This document shows, one piece after another, positions 44,469 through 55,837 of a stretch of DNA of 64,000 bases. Below the pieces are notes generated by a model that searched no databases, was not told where the DNA came from, and worked only from the letters and a program-made list of their open reading frames with translations. Position 1 is the first letter of the stretch. Each line of letters starts with the position of its first letter. Source of the DNA: a virus (Duplodnaviria > Caudoviricetes); the IMG/VR virus record IMGVR_UViG_3300006226_001703, positions 22,583 through 86,582 of that record. The stretch is one strand, 5' to 3'. Made by a program: the position numbers and the translations under genes.

Positions 44469-46931
44469 ATGGCAGGCCCAGTAAATTTATATAAAGAATG
44501 GAAAGTACCTCTTTCAAAAAGTAATTATAGACCAGTTGCTGTTCAAGCTTCAATGTTTGATTTAATGTTTTATTATGATAGTGAAAATGTAATTCGACCA
44601 AGATACACTCCAGTTCAGTCTATAACTAACTTTAGAAATGTTGGATTGACTTTACAACATAACATAATTGCATTTGATGAGAAAGCTTATAGAGTTCCAG
44701 ACAGTTCAAGAGGGGAATTGCCAAGAGGCTATAGGGTGCTATCTCCTGAAGTCAATGTTCAAGAAGAATATGAAGATATGGAATCAACTCAAGTCTCATT
44801 TGAAAGATGGTCTAAAATTGGGTTCGATATTGCATTGCCAAAATTTGATTCTAGACATAAACCATCATTAATAACTGTTAACAATTATGAAAAAGCTATA
44901 GCAAAAGATTTACAACATTATATCGATTATGAAACTTTTTTAATGAGAGGTGTTGATGAAAATATAGTTTTCCCATTTGATGCAGAAGTGACTTATGAAG
45001 AAATTATTGATTTCTTAAATTTAATGCCATTTGCTACTAATGATTTCTTTTATAATCCAGCGCTTAATAAAGAAACATCTATAACTATAAATACAGCATT
45101 TAAAGTTTTCAATAAAAATGCTGCTATTAAATTTACTAATACCCATGAAGTTTACACTAATTCAATTCTATTTACATCTGATATAAACCAAGATAATTAT
45201 AACACTTGGACAGATTATAGCGATCCTTACACTGTGGCATCTGAAAATGATTTATTAGACGCAATAAATGCTGATATTATTCTTTGTGGAAAAGACTTAA
45301 ACTTTGAAGAGAGATTTTTAGAAGAAGATTCTGGATTTTCTGCATATAATGCATTATGCTTAAACATGCGTTCACCAAGAGTTTGGAGAAACTTTTTTAG
45401 ATATTACAATTCTAGATTTAATTTTGATGAAAGAATTTCATTAAATGATTTTCTAACTGGACCATTAGTTCACTTAGAAGCTGGCAATGTAAACAGAATG
45501 AATCCAATTCTTGCTTTCATGTTAAAAAATTGTTATGTATGGGTTAAGTGTTCATTCTTTGCTGATTATATTGATTATCAAGATTTCGATCAATATCTAA
45601 ATAAAGAAGCTGATGTAATTCATAAGAATATGATTTTAACAAATTATGGTGATTTTAGAAAATATTCTGGTAGATTTTCTGATAGAAACGCAACAGTTTT
45701 AGAGGATTCATTTAAAGATAGTAGAGCATATATTCCGGTAACTACACCATCAGTAGATATTTTAGCAGACAATTTATTGCCTTTTAATCCAAGATTAAAA
45801 ACAATGCCATTAGAAGAAAAAATAGATCTCATTATTGATGATTCACATAAAACTGAAAGTAAAATTGGCTCTCTTCCAATTGAGCCGTTTGTTATTGGCT
45901 CAGGTGAACATAACATAACAGCTCAAGTAACAAATGGATATCCACCAGTTTGGTTTGACCCTGATGGAAGAACTCCAGCTGAGGATTATAATGATGAACC
46001 AACTTTAATGGGAAAGTCTGGTAACATAATCACTAGCGGAAGAGTTATATCACCAACTATAGACGAATTGTGGATAATGATTAAGAGGCTAGTTGAAGGT
46101 AGAAAACCAAGTGACTATCAAATAACTGAAACTAATGAAGATGAAACGGAAGAATTAGAAATTGGAATCCTCGGTTACCCAAGAGGGAAAAATGAATTTG
46201 ATACATCTATTAAGCTTAAGAAACATCGATTTGAAGTTGATAATAAAGAAGTAATTGGCGACCCAATTGATATAGCTTACACATTTGATAATGACTTTAG
46301 AAGAGGCGAATTTGAAGTTAAATCTTGGGTTGATACTCCAACTGATATTGAATACGTTTTAATGAAGGAACTAATTGAAGTTAACACTGATATTTGTGCT
46401 GGTATAATGAACCCAGAATTATTGAACAGAATTAGAAATATGCCATCTCCTGAGTTCTACAAGCCATTCGTGGACCCACTTTCATTAAGAGAATTAGAAT
46501 CACTCATTAAGGGCTTGAGATGGAATTTAGCATATTACATGACTTATGTTAAGAATGTTAAAGTGTTTAATGGTTCAATTAAAAGAAGAAATAGTGATAC
46601 ACAATTAGATGAATATAATAGACCAATTCCAGTTCCTTATAATCTTGCAGCTGGCGGCTTATATCAATTACATAAAGATTATGAAACAGATGATAGCAAA
46701 AAACCTGGTAATTGTTTCTATAATCCAAATACAATATATGATGAACGATATAATCGAAATGAAGCTCCATCTGATGCTTGGGGCACTGGTGTTGCTAAAA
46801 TTGGAGTGGATGAATTCTCATCAAACAAAGAAGTTATTCCAGCATGGAGTGTTTATATGGCAGCAGATGGAACTTGGCATTCAAGTAGACAGGCATTATT
46901 AGTACCACTTAGAAACGATGAGAAATGGTAG
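44469..46931 (+). CDS. Large virion structural protein (baseplate/tail-associated candidate)
   Basis: 820 aa, SD aggag, plus-strand late block, aromatic and acidic composition. Confidence 0.55.
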   Translation: MAGPVNLYKEWKVPLSKSNYRPVAVQASMFDLMFYYDSENVIRPRYTPVQSITNFRNVGLTLQHNIIAFDEKAYRVPDSSRGELPRGYRVLSPEVNVQEEYEDMESTQVSFERWSKIGFDIALPKFDSRHKPSLITVNNYEKAIAKDLQHYIDYETFLMRGVDENIVFPFDAEVTYEEIIDFLNLMPFATNDFFYNPALNKETSITINTAFKVFNKNAAIKFTNTHEVYTNSILFTSDINQDNYNTWTDYSDPYTVASENDLLDAINADIILCGKDLNFEERFLEEDSGFSAYNALCLNMRSPRVWRNFFRYYNSRFNFDERISLNDFLTGPLVHLEAGNVNRMNPILAFMLKNCYVWVKCSFFADYIDYQDFDQYLNKEADVIHKNMILTNYGDFRKYSGRFSDRNATVLEDSFKDSRAYIPVTTPSVDILADNLLPFNPRLKTMPLEEKIDLIIDDSHKTESKIGSLPIEPFVIGSGEHNITAQVTNGYPPVWFDPDGRTPAEDYNDEPTLMGKSGNIITSGRVISPTIDELWIMIKRLVEGRKPSDYQITETNEDETEELEIGILGYPRGKNEFDTSIKLKKHRFEVDNKEVIGDPIDIAYTFDNDFRRGEFEVKSWVDTPTDIEYVLMKELIEVNTDICAGIMNPELLNRIRNMPSPEFYKPFVDPLSLRELESLIKGLRWNLAYYMTYVKNVKVFNGSIKRRNSDTQLDEYNRPIPVPYNLAAGGLYQLHKDYETDDSKKPGNCFYNPNTIYDERYNRNEAPSDAWGTGVAKIGVDEFSSNKEVIPAWSVYMAADGTWHSSRQALLVPLRNDEKW

Positions 46932-46935
46932 AAGG

Positions 46936-46943
46936 ACTAAATA
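46936..46943 (+). promoter_or_regulatory. Class III late-type motif ACTAAATA, 3 nt before ATG
   Basis: actaaata-aat-ATG. Confidence 0.6.
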
Positions 46944-46946
46944 AAT

Positions 46947-49900
46947 ATGGATGAAAACGTAAAAGGATTACATACTCCTGGAAATTTATGGATAGATGAA
47001 AAATCTAATCAAATTAGATACCACACAGATGAATCTCAGTGGATTCAACCAATGTCAACTTATGATGTTGGCAATTCTTCAAATGACCAACATATTGCTT
47101 ATATTAAAAGAGGGCAACCTGTTTCAATTGGTGCATTAGAAGACTTAATTCCAGATGAAAAAATAACAGAAGACCCATGCGTTGTGTTAACTACTCCAGG
47201 TAAGCATAAAGTGTGTATTGGAATTGCACTAGAACCAGGAGATAGTAAAGCTAAAGAAAATTCATTTGAAAAAATTCATGTCCTTTCAAAGGGTAAAATT
47301 GAATATAAATTAAATGATGATAGAAAAAACGTTTATCAGCCACCATTTACCGGAGAAGATGAAGATAGAAGATATGTTTGGACTTATGATGATGTTGGAA
47401 AAATAGTTTATGTTTCAAATAAAAATCCAGGAGCTTTAACTTTAAACTTAGATGAAGCTTATTATGATGGCGGAAATATCATATCAGTTGGTACAATTGC
47501 AGATGCGCCATTAAAAATAGATGGCTTTAATGGCCAACGAATTATTATTGAAGTGCAAACTGCAGGTGATGTTAGAGGAATAACTGACTCTACCGAATTT
47601 GCTGTTAAATTAGAAAGAATAAATAATGATAGTAGAGTAATAACAACTAATAAAGACTTATTACTTTTTGTTAAGATATATAAAGATTTAAGTGGAAAAG
47701 ATGTCGGTAGAATTATATATGAAGAAAATGATTTAGATAATGAGCATTCTCCAGTTGGTGCATTTTATTATAAAAATGAAAGTAGTCACGTTAATTTAGC
47801 ACAATTTTCAGGTCAAACGGTAAAATGTAATAGATTAGGTTTGATAACTGGTAATTTCCAATTCAAAGAAGATGAAATTGGAAAAGAGTTATACTTACTT
47901 AATGATGGAAGCAACACAGTTTCAACATCTGCCCCAATTAGAACTTTTGAATATAAAATTGGTATTGTGTTTGCAAAAAACAAAGTCTTATTAGACTGTA
48001 GATTTCCAAAGTTCTTAAAAAAGTTTGCGCCAATTGGAACAATTAAACCTGCCTATAAAGATTCTGTAACGGGTGAAGTTTACGCTGATCCAGGTTATAT
48101 TGTAATTGATACGAAAAGTGTTAGAAAAATTAAGAAGCCTTTAGAAGGAGATATTTTACCTACACCTATTAACAAAAATGGAGACATATCTCCATTAATT
48201 GATACACATATAGACTTTACTAATTTAGTTAAATACACTAGATATTATGACTTATTTGAGTTCACTGTTGGGCAAAGTTCTAATTGGACTTGGGGTGAAT
48301 ATAATCAAGAATACAGTTTCCAAGAAAGATTAGATAATGATTATTTTACTTTTAAAAATAATTTATGTTACACTCTTGGTAATGGCGAAGAAATTCCAAC
48401 ACAGATTAAATATGAATTTGAAGGCACAGCAGAAGATAGTGAGTTTTTGTGGCCCGAATTTACTATAAATGGTAGAATATCTAAAACAGCTATTCAAATA
48501 GAAAAATTTGTTGATAGTAGATCTTATTGGGACCAACAATTTACTGGCTCTAAAATATTACCTAACATTGAATTAGATTTTGATCTTTGGTTAAAATCTC
48601 CTGATAGTAATAATCTTAATCATAGATATGAATTAAATATTGAATTTAAAGCTAAGGGTGACACTCCGCGACTATTAAGAAGTGAAGGTATATTAAATCC
48701 AGAAACTGATGTAGAACATATTACTACAACATTAAATGATGCATTATTTAGAATTATATGTCAATCAAAAGATGTAGAAGAAGGCGCATCATATATAAGA
48801 CCAACAGTGATTTTAAGTGAAACTCCACAACCTGCTGAATATGAAAGGGGTTGGGTATGGGAAGGCGACCCTGCTAAAAATCCTGCAAATCCTGTAAATA
48901 ATGATATTCCTGAATATCCAGGATATCCTGACTATGGCGATAAAGACTTCACACTTGATTATGATGAAGAACACACTTTTACTTTTATGAATGATGAGAT
49001 ATTAGTAAGAGGAAGAGAATCTTTTTGGGAATGGCTGCCGCCAACACGAACTTCTTGGCTTTGGTATAATGAGGAAGAACAACAAGTTGGATTTCCAACT
49101 CAAAGTACTAGCACTGATGGAGATACACAAACTAGAACAAGATATGAGCCAATAACATTAGAAGATGATTATAACTTGGGGGTAATACGACCAGCTTATT
49201 TTAATGAACAAACACAAACTAGAACTTATTATGGTGAAGATGATGACGGTAATCCTTCTTGGAGTAGTTGGTCACAATGGTCATCTGGTGAAGAAATAGA
49301 ATGGGGAACTTGGAGACGTAATATAGATCCTCCTAAATGGGAATGGAATGGAAAAAATTTAGAAGGTGGAGGGAAAGAAGAAGAACCTACATCACACGAC
49401 AAAAAGCCACTTGAAAATTATTATACAGTACTAGTTGAAGGTGATTATCCGCCACCACCTGATGGCTTAATACGTAAAACAGAAGAATGGTTCCAAGATA
49501 GTGACAAATTTGTTTGGGGACAAAGATCTGATAAAGACATGCTTGTTCCTCCTCATAAAAGATTTGAATTTTATTTTATTGATTCATTAATGACAACTGT
49601 TGAAATTATTCCTGAATTTTATTTACAAGCTACTGATTTTATAAATGAATGGCCTAGTGATAAAATATATTATTATAATGAAACTTGGAGAAAAACTAGA
49701 GATTTTATTGATATAAAACTAGAAGGCACAACTCCTCCACCATTTAATCTTAGAATTGATACTAGAAAATTAAGTGTAGATACATTTAATTCAATTAATG
49801 ATAATTTGTTTTTTACATCAGTTTCTCCTTGGTATGCAACAAACATTTTCTGTGAAGGAATACAAATACAAGATGCTGATATAGAATTAAAAGAAGTCGA

Positions 49901-52313
49901 ACCACCTTATACATTTGAAAAACCATTAAGATTTTGGATTAGCAATTTAGTTGGTATGGATTATATTGATGCAAATGGAATGAATGCTGAAAATTATGAC
50001 TTCTCATTATGCATGTTAATGAATAATCAAAATCATTATATATCACCAGGTTTCTTTCCAGTACCACAGGAGCTTTTAAATGTTAACTTAAAAGAAGATG
50101 ACGTACCAGAAACTGAAGCCTTTTATGGATATGGTTGGACTATTGGTAGAGCAGAAAATAAATCTTGGTATATTTCAATTTATGAAGTTCCACCTGGTAC
50201 TGATGTATCTAATTATAGTAAATATAGAGGATTAAATTGGCCTCTTGGAACAAAAAGAACAGAACACACTTTAGAAATTCCATTTAGAATTACGCTAAGA
50301 AAACGCCCAGTTCAACATCAACACTTTATGATTAACCAGCTACTCAATGAATTAGCTTGGCATCCATTTTCTGATGAGCAAAAAAATCTCATAACGAGAA
50401 ATAAACTTTATTTCGTTGGTGATGAAGACATTAAACATTGCAAAACAGATGAGCAAATACATAACATAACTCAAAATGCAACTTATTTTGATGTCAAACC
50501 TGGAGAACATCGTAATCCAAAAGATTCAATTGATTTTATAACACATGTTGGACCAGTTTATGTTAATGGATATAAAGATACTCAAGCCGTACAATTTTTT
50601 AAGGAAACAAAATATCCAGTAAACAATAATGCAAATGATGAAAATGCAAAAATGTACAAACCAATATCTTGGGTATATGACTTTTTATCTAATACAGTTC
50701 GTTCAACTGGTAAAGTATCAATGGAAGCTGGTTTAGAGTCAACTGCTGGATCAAAAAAAGAAGATGATTGGGAATTTAATGCATTAGAAGTTTTTGCATT
50801 TATGCCAACACCTGAGTTGCTTAAAGTAACTAGAGATGATCCTGTTCTTGGTATTAAACATGATAGATTTATAAATTTAACTTCAAATGTAAATAATTTT
50901 AATTCTAGTGGTTTGCCATCATTTACTGCATCATATGACATTACTGATAATTATAAACTTCTTTTTGGTGAAGCTTATACAAACTTAGAATTACAAAGTT
51001 ACATGACTATGGTTGGTCAAGCTTTAAAAGAAACTTTTAATAACTTTTATTATGTTAATCATTATTTATTTGATGATAATAATTTTGATAAAAATATATC
51101 AGTTGAATTTAATGAATTAAGTAATAAAGGCGGGCTAATTAAAGCTACTGTTAAATTATTAAATGATTTTGAAAATATAGATAAAAGAATAGATGAAATA
51201 ACTTCTTTTGAAGAGACAAGACATAGAGATAAAAGTTATATACAAAATTTTATTGGAAGAAGTGTCACCGGAACTAATATTCCTTTGACATCAAACCGTG
51301 GTGTTTATTCTGCCTTTGGCTTTCAAAATGGAAAAATATCAACTGCTTTTAGTTTAGCGGTGGCAAATCAACCAAATGTAACACAAATAAATACATCAGG
51401 TGCATCTGCAAATACATTTAAACCAATTGCAGTACAGGGGTGGCCCGGCAACATAGAATTTACCCCGCCTCAAGAGGAATATCCTAACATTGTTACTTTA
51501 ATTAACCGAGCAATTGATACAGCATTTCCAACAATAACCACCTCCCTGGAGACACAAGCGCAGATTGTTAATTTAGGCACCTTAACTAATTTAAAAAATG
51601 TATTATCAAATATGTTTATTCGTTTAGAAAATCACTTACATGAATTAAATAGTCATACACATCCAATAACATCAACAGATATAGCAAGTGCACTTAGATT
51701 AAATCTAGTAGAAGGACCAAGTTGGCATCAAGGATATAATAATATAAATATAAATATAAATTTTTCTACAAATCCCTATAGCTTAAGAGAAAGATATTCA
51801 TTTGATTATAATGGTTATAAGTGTTATTTGTATATTTGGCCACATGAAAAATCTTTCTATAGAGTTAGATATATTAGAAATATATGGACTTGGATTCATG
51901 GGAATGTTTCTCCACCCGGCATAGAAACTCTTGGTGATTGGTCATCCAGTTCTCCTTCTTCTACTTATAGAGATGTTTATACTGATAGAAATATGATAAT
52001 GATTATACATAAGCCTATCACAATAAATTCTAATGTAATTTGGACAGAGCCTAACAATTATAATTCTATTACACAGAAACCTGCTATAGGTCAAGAATAT
52101 GATACTCAACCTTATGGCCCGCTGGTTCTTACATGGGTTGGTTTAGTTGGTCATAATGTTGATAATAACACTCACTTCCCTAGATGGGAAATTAGTGGTG
52201 GTGAAACAAGATATGAACATAATATAATGCCTCGTATAGCTTCATCATTAATTAAGATATTATATGATGAAGCTATTGTTGACAGATACCCGAATAATAC
52301 TACAATTATATAA
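46947..52313 (+). CDS. Very large virion protein (fibre/baseplate/receptor-binding candidate)
   Basis: 1788 aa; two N-terminal (V/I)GKxxY(V/L)...(VG/IG) beta modules; Trp/Tyr-rich middle; compositionally distinct C-terminus. Confidence 0.55.
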   Translation: MDENVKGLHTPGNLWIDEKSNQIRYHTDESQWIQPMSTYDVGNSSNDQHIAYIKRGQPVSIGALEDLIPDEKITEDPCVVLTTPGKHKVCIGIALEPGDSKAKENSFEKIHVLSKGKIEYKLNDDRKNVYQPPFTGEDEDRRYVWTYDDVGKIVYVSNKNPGALTLNLDEAYYDGGNIISVGTIADAPLKIDGFNGQRIIIEVQTAGDVRGITDSTEFAVKLERINNDSRVITTNKDLLLFVKIYKDLSGKDVGRIIYEENDLDNEHSPVGAFYYKNESSHVNLAQFSGQTVKCNRLGLITGNFQFKEDEIGKELYLLNDGSNTVSTSAPIRTFEYKIGIVFAKNKVLLDCRFPKFLKKFAPIGTIKPAYKDSVTGEVYADPGYIVIDTKSVRKIKKPLEGDILPTPINKNGDISPLIDTHIDFTNLVKYTRYYDLFEFTVGQSSNWTWGEYNQEYSFQERLDNDYFTFKNNLCYTLGNGEEIPTQIKYEFEGTAEDSEFLWPEFTINGRISKTAIQIEKFVDSRSYWDQQFTGSKILPNIELDFDLWLKSPDSNNLNHRYELNIEFKAKGDTPRLLRSEGILNPETDVEHITTTLNDALFRIICQSKDVEEGASYIRPTVILSETPQPAEYERGWVWEGDPAKNPANPVNNDIPEYPGYPDYGDKDFTLDYDEEHTFTFMNDEILVRGRESFWEWLPPTRTSWLWYNEEEQQVGFPTQSTSTDGDTQTRTRYEPITLEDDYNLGVIRPAYFNEQTQTRTYYGEDDDGNPSWSSWSQWSSGEEIEWGTWRRNIDPPKWEWNGKNLEGGGKEEEPTSHDKKPLENYYTVLVEGDYPPPPDGLIRKTEEWFQDSDKFVWGQRSDKDMLVPPHKRFEFYFIDSLMTTVEIIPEFYLQATDFINEWPSDKIYYYNETWRKTRDFIDIKLEGTTPPPFNLRIDTRKLSVDTFNSINDNLFFTSVSPWYATNIFCEGIQIQDADIELKEVEPPYTFEKPLRFWISNLVGMDYIDANGMNAENYDFSLCMLMNNQNHYISPGFFPVPQELLNVNLKEDDVPETEAFYGYGWTIGRAENKSWYISIYEVPPGTDVSNYSKYRGLNWPLGTKRTEHTLEIPFRITLRKRPVQHQHFMINQLLNELAWHPFSDEQKNLITRNKLYFVGDEDIKHCKTDEQIHNITQNATYFDVKPGEHRNPKDSIDFITHVGPVYVNGYKDTQAVQFFKETKYPVNNNANDENAKMYKPISWVYDFLSNTVRSTGKVSMEAGLESTAGSKKEDDWEFNALEVFAFMPTPELLKVTRDDPVLGIKHDRFINLTSNVNNFNSSGLPSFTASYDITDNYKLLFGEAYTNLELQSYMTMVGQALKETFNNFYYVNHYLFDDNNFDKNISVEFNELSNKGGLIKATVKLLNDFENIDKRIDEITSFEETRHRDKSYIQNFIGRSVTGTNIPLTSNRGVYSAFGFQNGKISTAFSLAVANQPNVTQINTSGASANTFKPIAVQGWPGNIEFTPPQEEYPNIVTLINRAIDTAFPTITTSLETQAQIVNLGTLTNLKNVLSNMFIRLENHLHELNSHTHPITSTDIASALRLNLVEGPSWHQGYNNINININFSTNPYSLRERYSFDYNGYKCYLYIWPHEKSFYRVRYIRNIWTWIHGNVSPPGIETLGDWSSSSPSSTYRDVYTDRNMIMIIHKPITINSNVIWTEPNNYNSITQKPAIGQEYDTQPYGPLVLTWVGLVGHNVDNNTHFPRWEISGGETRYEHNIMPRIASSLIKILYDEAIVDRYPNNTTII

Positions 52314-52792
52314 TGAACTTAGATTTTTGGAAAAAAACTGGCACAATTAAACCCTTCACACTAGAGGAGTGGGACCAATTCACAGAAGACATAGTTAAGC
52401 TGCCAAAGTTAGATTCATTTATCAATACACCAATGAGAAAATCAAAAGTCAAAAAGGGAGTTAACGTTCAATCTGAAAAGTTTGATAGTTTTACTGAGTT
52501 CGCATTCGTACAATATCAACGCCTAATTCAATTTGCTATTGTTGAACGAAACGTTAAGTCGTTATTCTTTCACTACACTGATACTAATGGAAAGATGTGT
52601 AAGTTTTTTCCAGATTTTCTTGTCAATGGAGTCCCAGTCGAGATAAAAGGCCGACTATCTGAAAAGGATAGATGCAAGTTAGAACAATGTACTAATGTCG
52701 TATGGTATTTTCAAGCTGATGTGAATAGAATGATGGGAGAATTGGATGCTAAAATCCCAAATTGGCGGTCTGACTTTTTGCAAACAAATTAG
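52313..52792 (+). CDS. PD-(D/E)XK endonuclease, TnsA-N-like (free-standing homing-type)
   Basis: FHYTDTNG...FFPDFLVNGVPVEIKG. Confidence 0.7.
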   Translation: MNLDFWKKTGTIKPFTLEEWDQFTEDIVKLPKLDSFINTPMRKSKVKKGVNVQSEKFDSFTEFAFVQYQRLIQFAIVERNVKSLFFHYTDTNGKMCKFFPDFLVNGVPVEIKGRLSEKDRCKLEQCTNVVWYFQADVNRMMGELDAKIPNWRSDFLQTN

Positions 52793-52983
52793 AAGAATCT
52801 TCTCATATTGTGTTTTTCATATAATCTCATAGCGTCTATATACTTATTGATAGCATCAGTTATTTCAAAAAATTGCTCATTAGTGCTAACGGCTTCTTGA
52901 ATTAGTTTAAGATAATTATCTCTTAATCCATTAACTTCAAGCAATCTTTCATCTAATAATTCATAATCAACTCCCATTAACAT
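52789..52983 (-). CDS. Hypothetical protein
   Basis: Small helical ORF ending the minus-strand operon. Confidence 0.5.
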   Translation of the reverse strand: MLMGVDYELLDERLLEVNGLRDNYLKLIQEAVSTNEQFFEITDAINKYIDAMRLYEKHNMRRFF

Positions 52984-53365
52984 ACTCCACTATTTTAAGA
53001 GGCACGCCTTTTTTAGTACAATAATCTATACAATGTTTAGTGCCTCGAGATTTTCCGTCCCAAAAAAAGAGCGCAAAGCGGGACCTCTTTTCTTCAATAA
53101 AATCAACCATTTCCATGTTGCGGAGAATTCCAGCCTGCTTTCCATGCTTCTTCCAATCTGCTGGAAACTCTAATACAGCTCCGCAATTTTCTTTTCCCCA
53201 CTTTGCGCCCAGAGAATCGGCACCTCTCGCCATACCACTAATGATAACAATTTCATCTTTTTTCAATTCCTCTGTTTCTTTAATAGTTCTTTCTAATAAT
53301 CCGTAATCGTCGAAATCACGACCACCCGCAATTAGTAGATATAACGAGGTGCCACTTACTTTCAA
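52967..53365 (-). CDS. SLOG-family (DUF2493/YspA-like) protein
   Basis: IAGGRDF, ISGMARGADSLG, PADW..HGKQAG..RN..MV, FWDGKSRGT. Confidence 0.88.
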   Translation of the reverse strand: MKVSGTSLYLLIAGGRDFDDYGLLERTIKETEELKKDEIVIISGMARGADSLGAKWGKENCGAVLEFPADWKKHGKQAGILRNMEMVDFIEEKRSRFALFFWDGKSRGTKHCIDYCTKKGVPLKIVEYVNGS

Positions 53366-54567
53366 ATTTTTCTCCGTTTAACTTTTGGCTGTTCGTCTCC
53401 TTTTACTACAAATGTATCATCTTTCATAACACCCGCAGGCACCCAAACTTTGTCGTTGACTGTGACTCCTGCGTAGTTATCTCCTAAAACATATCTAAAA
53501 AATCTCGTTAGTGCAATTTGATATTCACCTCTTTTTAGATATGCATTTTTAGATAATTCAATAAACACTGTTTCTAATTCGCTAAAATATTTGCCATCAG
53601 CAATTTGTGCTGGATATTTCCATTTCCATTTTTCTGAATCTTCAATAAACTGAAGTCCAAAAGTTCGATAAGTTGAAGCATCACCAATAACTTTCAATAA
53701 TAAGCCAAACTTATCTTGATAATCAGTTCCCATTATAGTTTTGAAAACATTTTCCGTTTTATTTCCATGAGATAAATCTGCCAAAACTGCTGCTGCATCA
53801 TCATAAGAGACAATGTCAAAAGTTTCCTTAATCATATTGATATCAAATATTTTACTTTCATAACATTGCTCAAGCATTTGAATTGCTTCTCTAAATGATG
53901 ATTTGCTATTTTCAGCAATAAATTTTAATCCTTCAGTTAAGAACTCTTTTGGACAGTCTACTAATTTCTTTTTCTGACAAATACCACCAAGATACATATA
54001 GATTTCATCATTAGTTGGAACTTTCATTTTCCAGTTTTTACATCTTGATTGTAATGCACCTGGATTTTTCCCAGCCAACTTACTCATTGCTGTAAATATA
54101 AAAAAGAACCCAGATTTTGGAGACTGAGTTTCTATTAAGAACTTATCAATTGCTGATGCATGAAAACCTTGAGTTTCATCACATATTAGAACTTTAGCTC
54201 TATCTCTAATTGCCGGAGTTAAAAAGAATGTATCAAGAATCTTTTTAACGTCATCAGTTGACATCATTGTGCCATTTAGATAAGCAATATCTCTATCATA
54301 AGTTTCGTTATTTACAGCTAAACAAGTTGGACAAGTTTCACAAGGTTCCCCATCTTTGTTTATGTTTTTACAAGCAATTGATTTTGCTAATATCTTAGCA
54401 AGAACAGTTTTACCACTTCCCCATTGGCCCAAGAAAAAAGTTGACTTATCAAACTTTTGAGTTTTCCTTTTTGATTTAATATGATTAACGATGATATCTT
54501 GGCCATAGACATCCTCTAAAGTTTTGGGCGCGTCCACTATGTACCAATCTGAAAATCCAACTGACAT
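53362..54567 (-). CDS. dnaX: DNA polymerase III gamma/tau-like clamp loader
   Basis: PKTLEDVYGQ, GQWGSGKT, CETCPTC, ICDE, LQSRC. Confidence 0.88.
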   Translation of the reverse strand: MSVGFSDWYIVDAPKTLEDVYGQDIIVNHIKSKRKTQKFDKSTFFLGQWGSGKTVLAKILAKSIACKNINKDGEPCETCPTCLAVNNETYDRDIAYLNGTMMSTDDVKKILDTFFLTPAIRDRAKVLICDETQGFHASAIDKFLIETQSPKSGFFFIFTAMSKLAGKNPGALQSRCKNWKMKVPTNDEIYMYLGGICQKKKLVDCPKEFLTEGLKFIAENSKSSFREAIQMLEQCYESKIFDINMIKETFDIVSYDDAAAVLADLSHGNKTENVFKTIMGTDYQDKFGLLLKVIGDASTYRTFGLQFIEDSEKWKWKYPAQIADGKYFSELETVFIELSKNAYLKRGEYQIALTRFFRYVLGDNYAGVTVNDKVWVPAGVMKDDTFVVKGDEQPKVKRRKI

Positions 54568-54591
54568 ATTTACCTCTCGATTATTTTTATT

Positions 54592-54601
54592 TATATTAAC
54601 T
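54592..54601 (-). promoter_or_regulatory. Class II motif AGTTAATATA upstream of dnaX
   Basis: Recurrent motif. Confidence 0.55.
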
Positions 54602-54889
54602 AAAATAGTCTATCATATCTAACTGTTTCATTGCCTTTTCTACTCTTGACTCAAAAGTTTTGATTCTGTTGTCACAATATTGATTTTGACTCTTAATCAC
54701 TTTTCTTTCTAATTCATGAGTTGTTTTTTCTAGCTGTCTTTTAATTCCTTCGACAATATCAATGCAGTTATCTTTCAATATCTTTTCTAATATTTTGACA
54801 TAATTTTCATTTGCTTCAATTCTTCTTTCTAATCTTTCAATATGGGGTGCAATTAATTCATTGAATTCTTGTGTATCTTTTAATGTCAT
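54596..54889 (-). CDS. Hypothetical coiled-coil protein
   Basis: 97 aa. Confidence 0.55.
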   Translation of the reverse strand: MTLKDTQEFNELIAPHIERLERRIEANENYVKILEKILKDNCIDIVEGIKRQLEKTTHELERKVIKSQNQYCDNRIKTFESRVEKAMKQLDMIDYFS

Positions 54890-55284
54890 TAGTCAAATAG
54901 AAGTTCAACCCTTCCCATCTCCTCTTGTACTGCTTTCTTTGCCATTCCCTTAATGATATTATCTACATTTTTAATTGACTCATCTAATAGTTTTGCTAAT
55001 TCTGACTGATGTATATTACGAAACTCATCCATCATCCACTTCAATGATGCAACACCTGGTCCGCCCATCGACTGTACAATTATTTCGAGCTGTCTAACTT
55101 TTTCTTCTAATTCATGAAATCTATCAACAACACCAAATGTTGTATCTCCAGTTGATATTATTACATCAGTATGTCGAGGAGTGTAATTTGACATTGTGAT
55201 ATTACTATCAGATATCGCATAATTAGAGGCATCAATTGGGACGCTTACATCAGGTTTATTTGCAAACTTATCTAGTGCTGGCAT
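54889..55284 (-). CDS. Hypothetical protein
   Basis: 131 aa; class II motif (55290-55299) 5 nt before ATG. Confidence 0.55.
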   Translation of the reverse strand: MPALDKFANKPDVSVPIDASNYAISDSNITMSNYTPRHTDVIISTGDTTFGVVDRFHELEEKVRQLEIIVQSMGGPGVASLKWMMDEFRNIHQSELAKLLDESIKNVDNIIKGMAKKAVQEEMGRVELLFD

Positions 55285-55288
55285 GTTA

Positions 55289-55837
55289 TTATATTAACTG
55301 ACTAAACTTTGATTCATAACCAGTAATAAATGCATCTATTAGTTCTTTGTGAATTCTTCTTAATTTTCTATTTTTCTTAACATATTTGATGTTATTATAC
55401 ATTCTAGAAACTTGGTCTACTTTTGGTTTATCTAACAAGTTATACAAACAGTCACCAAGTTTCACAGTTAAAGCATCATCTGATAGTCTAACCATTTTTC
55501 TGGACATGTAATTTTCTTTGTCTTCTTTTTTGATATTTGGAAGGTTAGTCAATTCATCAACTAAAATGGCGACTTCTTCATCAAACATGTCTTCGAGATT
55601 AGCAAATGAAACTTTACAATCCTCTAAAGTGTCATGCAACTCTGCAGCACAGAGAATGTTTTCATCTTTGATTCCATAGCCTTCTAATGTGTCAGCAATT
55701 CCTTGTGGATGAACCCAATATCTATCACCAGAACCTTTACGAACTTGTCCTTCATTATCATGGGCGATGCGAGCATATTCTCTTGCTAATGCTTGTTTAC
55801 GAGAGACTATTTCATAAAGTTGTTGGAACGTTTTCAT
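55289..55837 (-). CDS. Small alarmone hydrolase-like HD protein (RelA/SpoT HD, Mesh1-like) with capsid-targeting-like N-terminus
   Basis: AH..GQVRKGSGDRYWVHP, AAELHDTLED, F..EVA.LVDELT, VKLGDCLYN; starts MKTFQQLYE. Confidence 0.88.
   Translation of the reverse strand: MKTFQQLYEIVSRKQALAREYARIAHDNEGQVRKGSGDRYWVHPQGIADTLEGYGIKDENILCAAELHDTLEDCKVSFANLEDMFDEEVAILVDELTNLPNIKKEDKENYMSRKMVRLSDDALTVKLGDCLYNLLDKPKVDQVSRMYNNIKYVKKNRKLRRIHKELIDAFITGYESKFSQLI

Noticed and set aside
51738-51762. (ATAAAT)n microsatellite as a phase-variation switch
   Set aside because: The hexamer unit keeps the frame (NINININ) and has few copies, so it cannot switch the gene on or off.
52313-52792. TnsA-like ORF as part of a Tn7 transposon
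   Set aside because: No tnsB/tnsC or terminal repeats; it fits a free-standing phage endonuclease.
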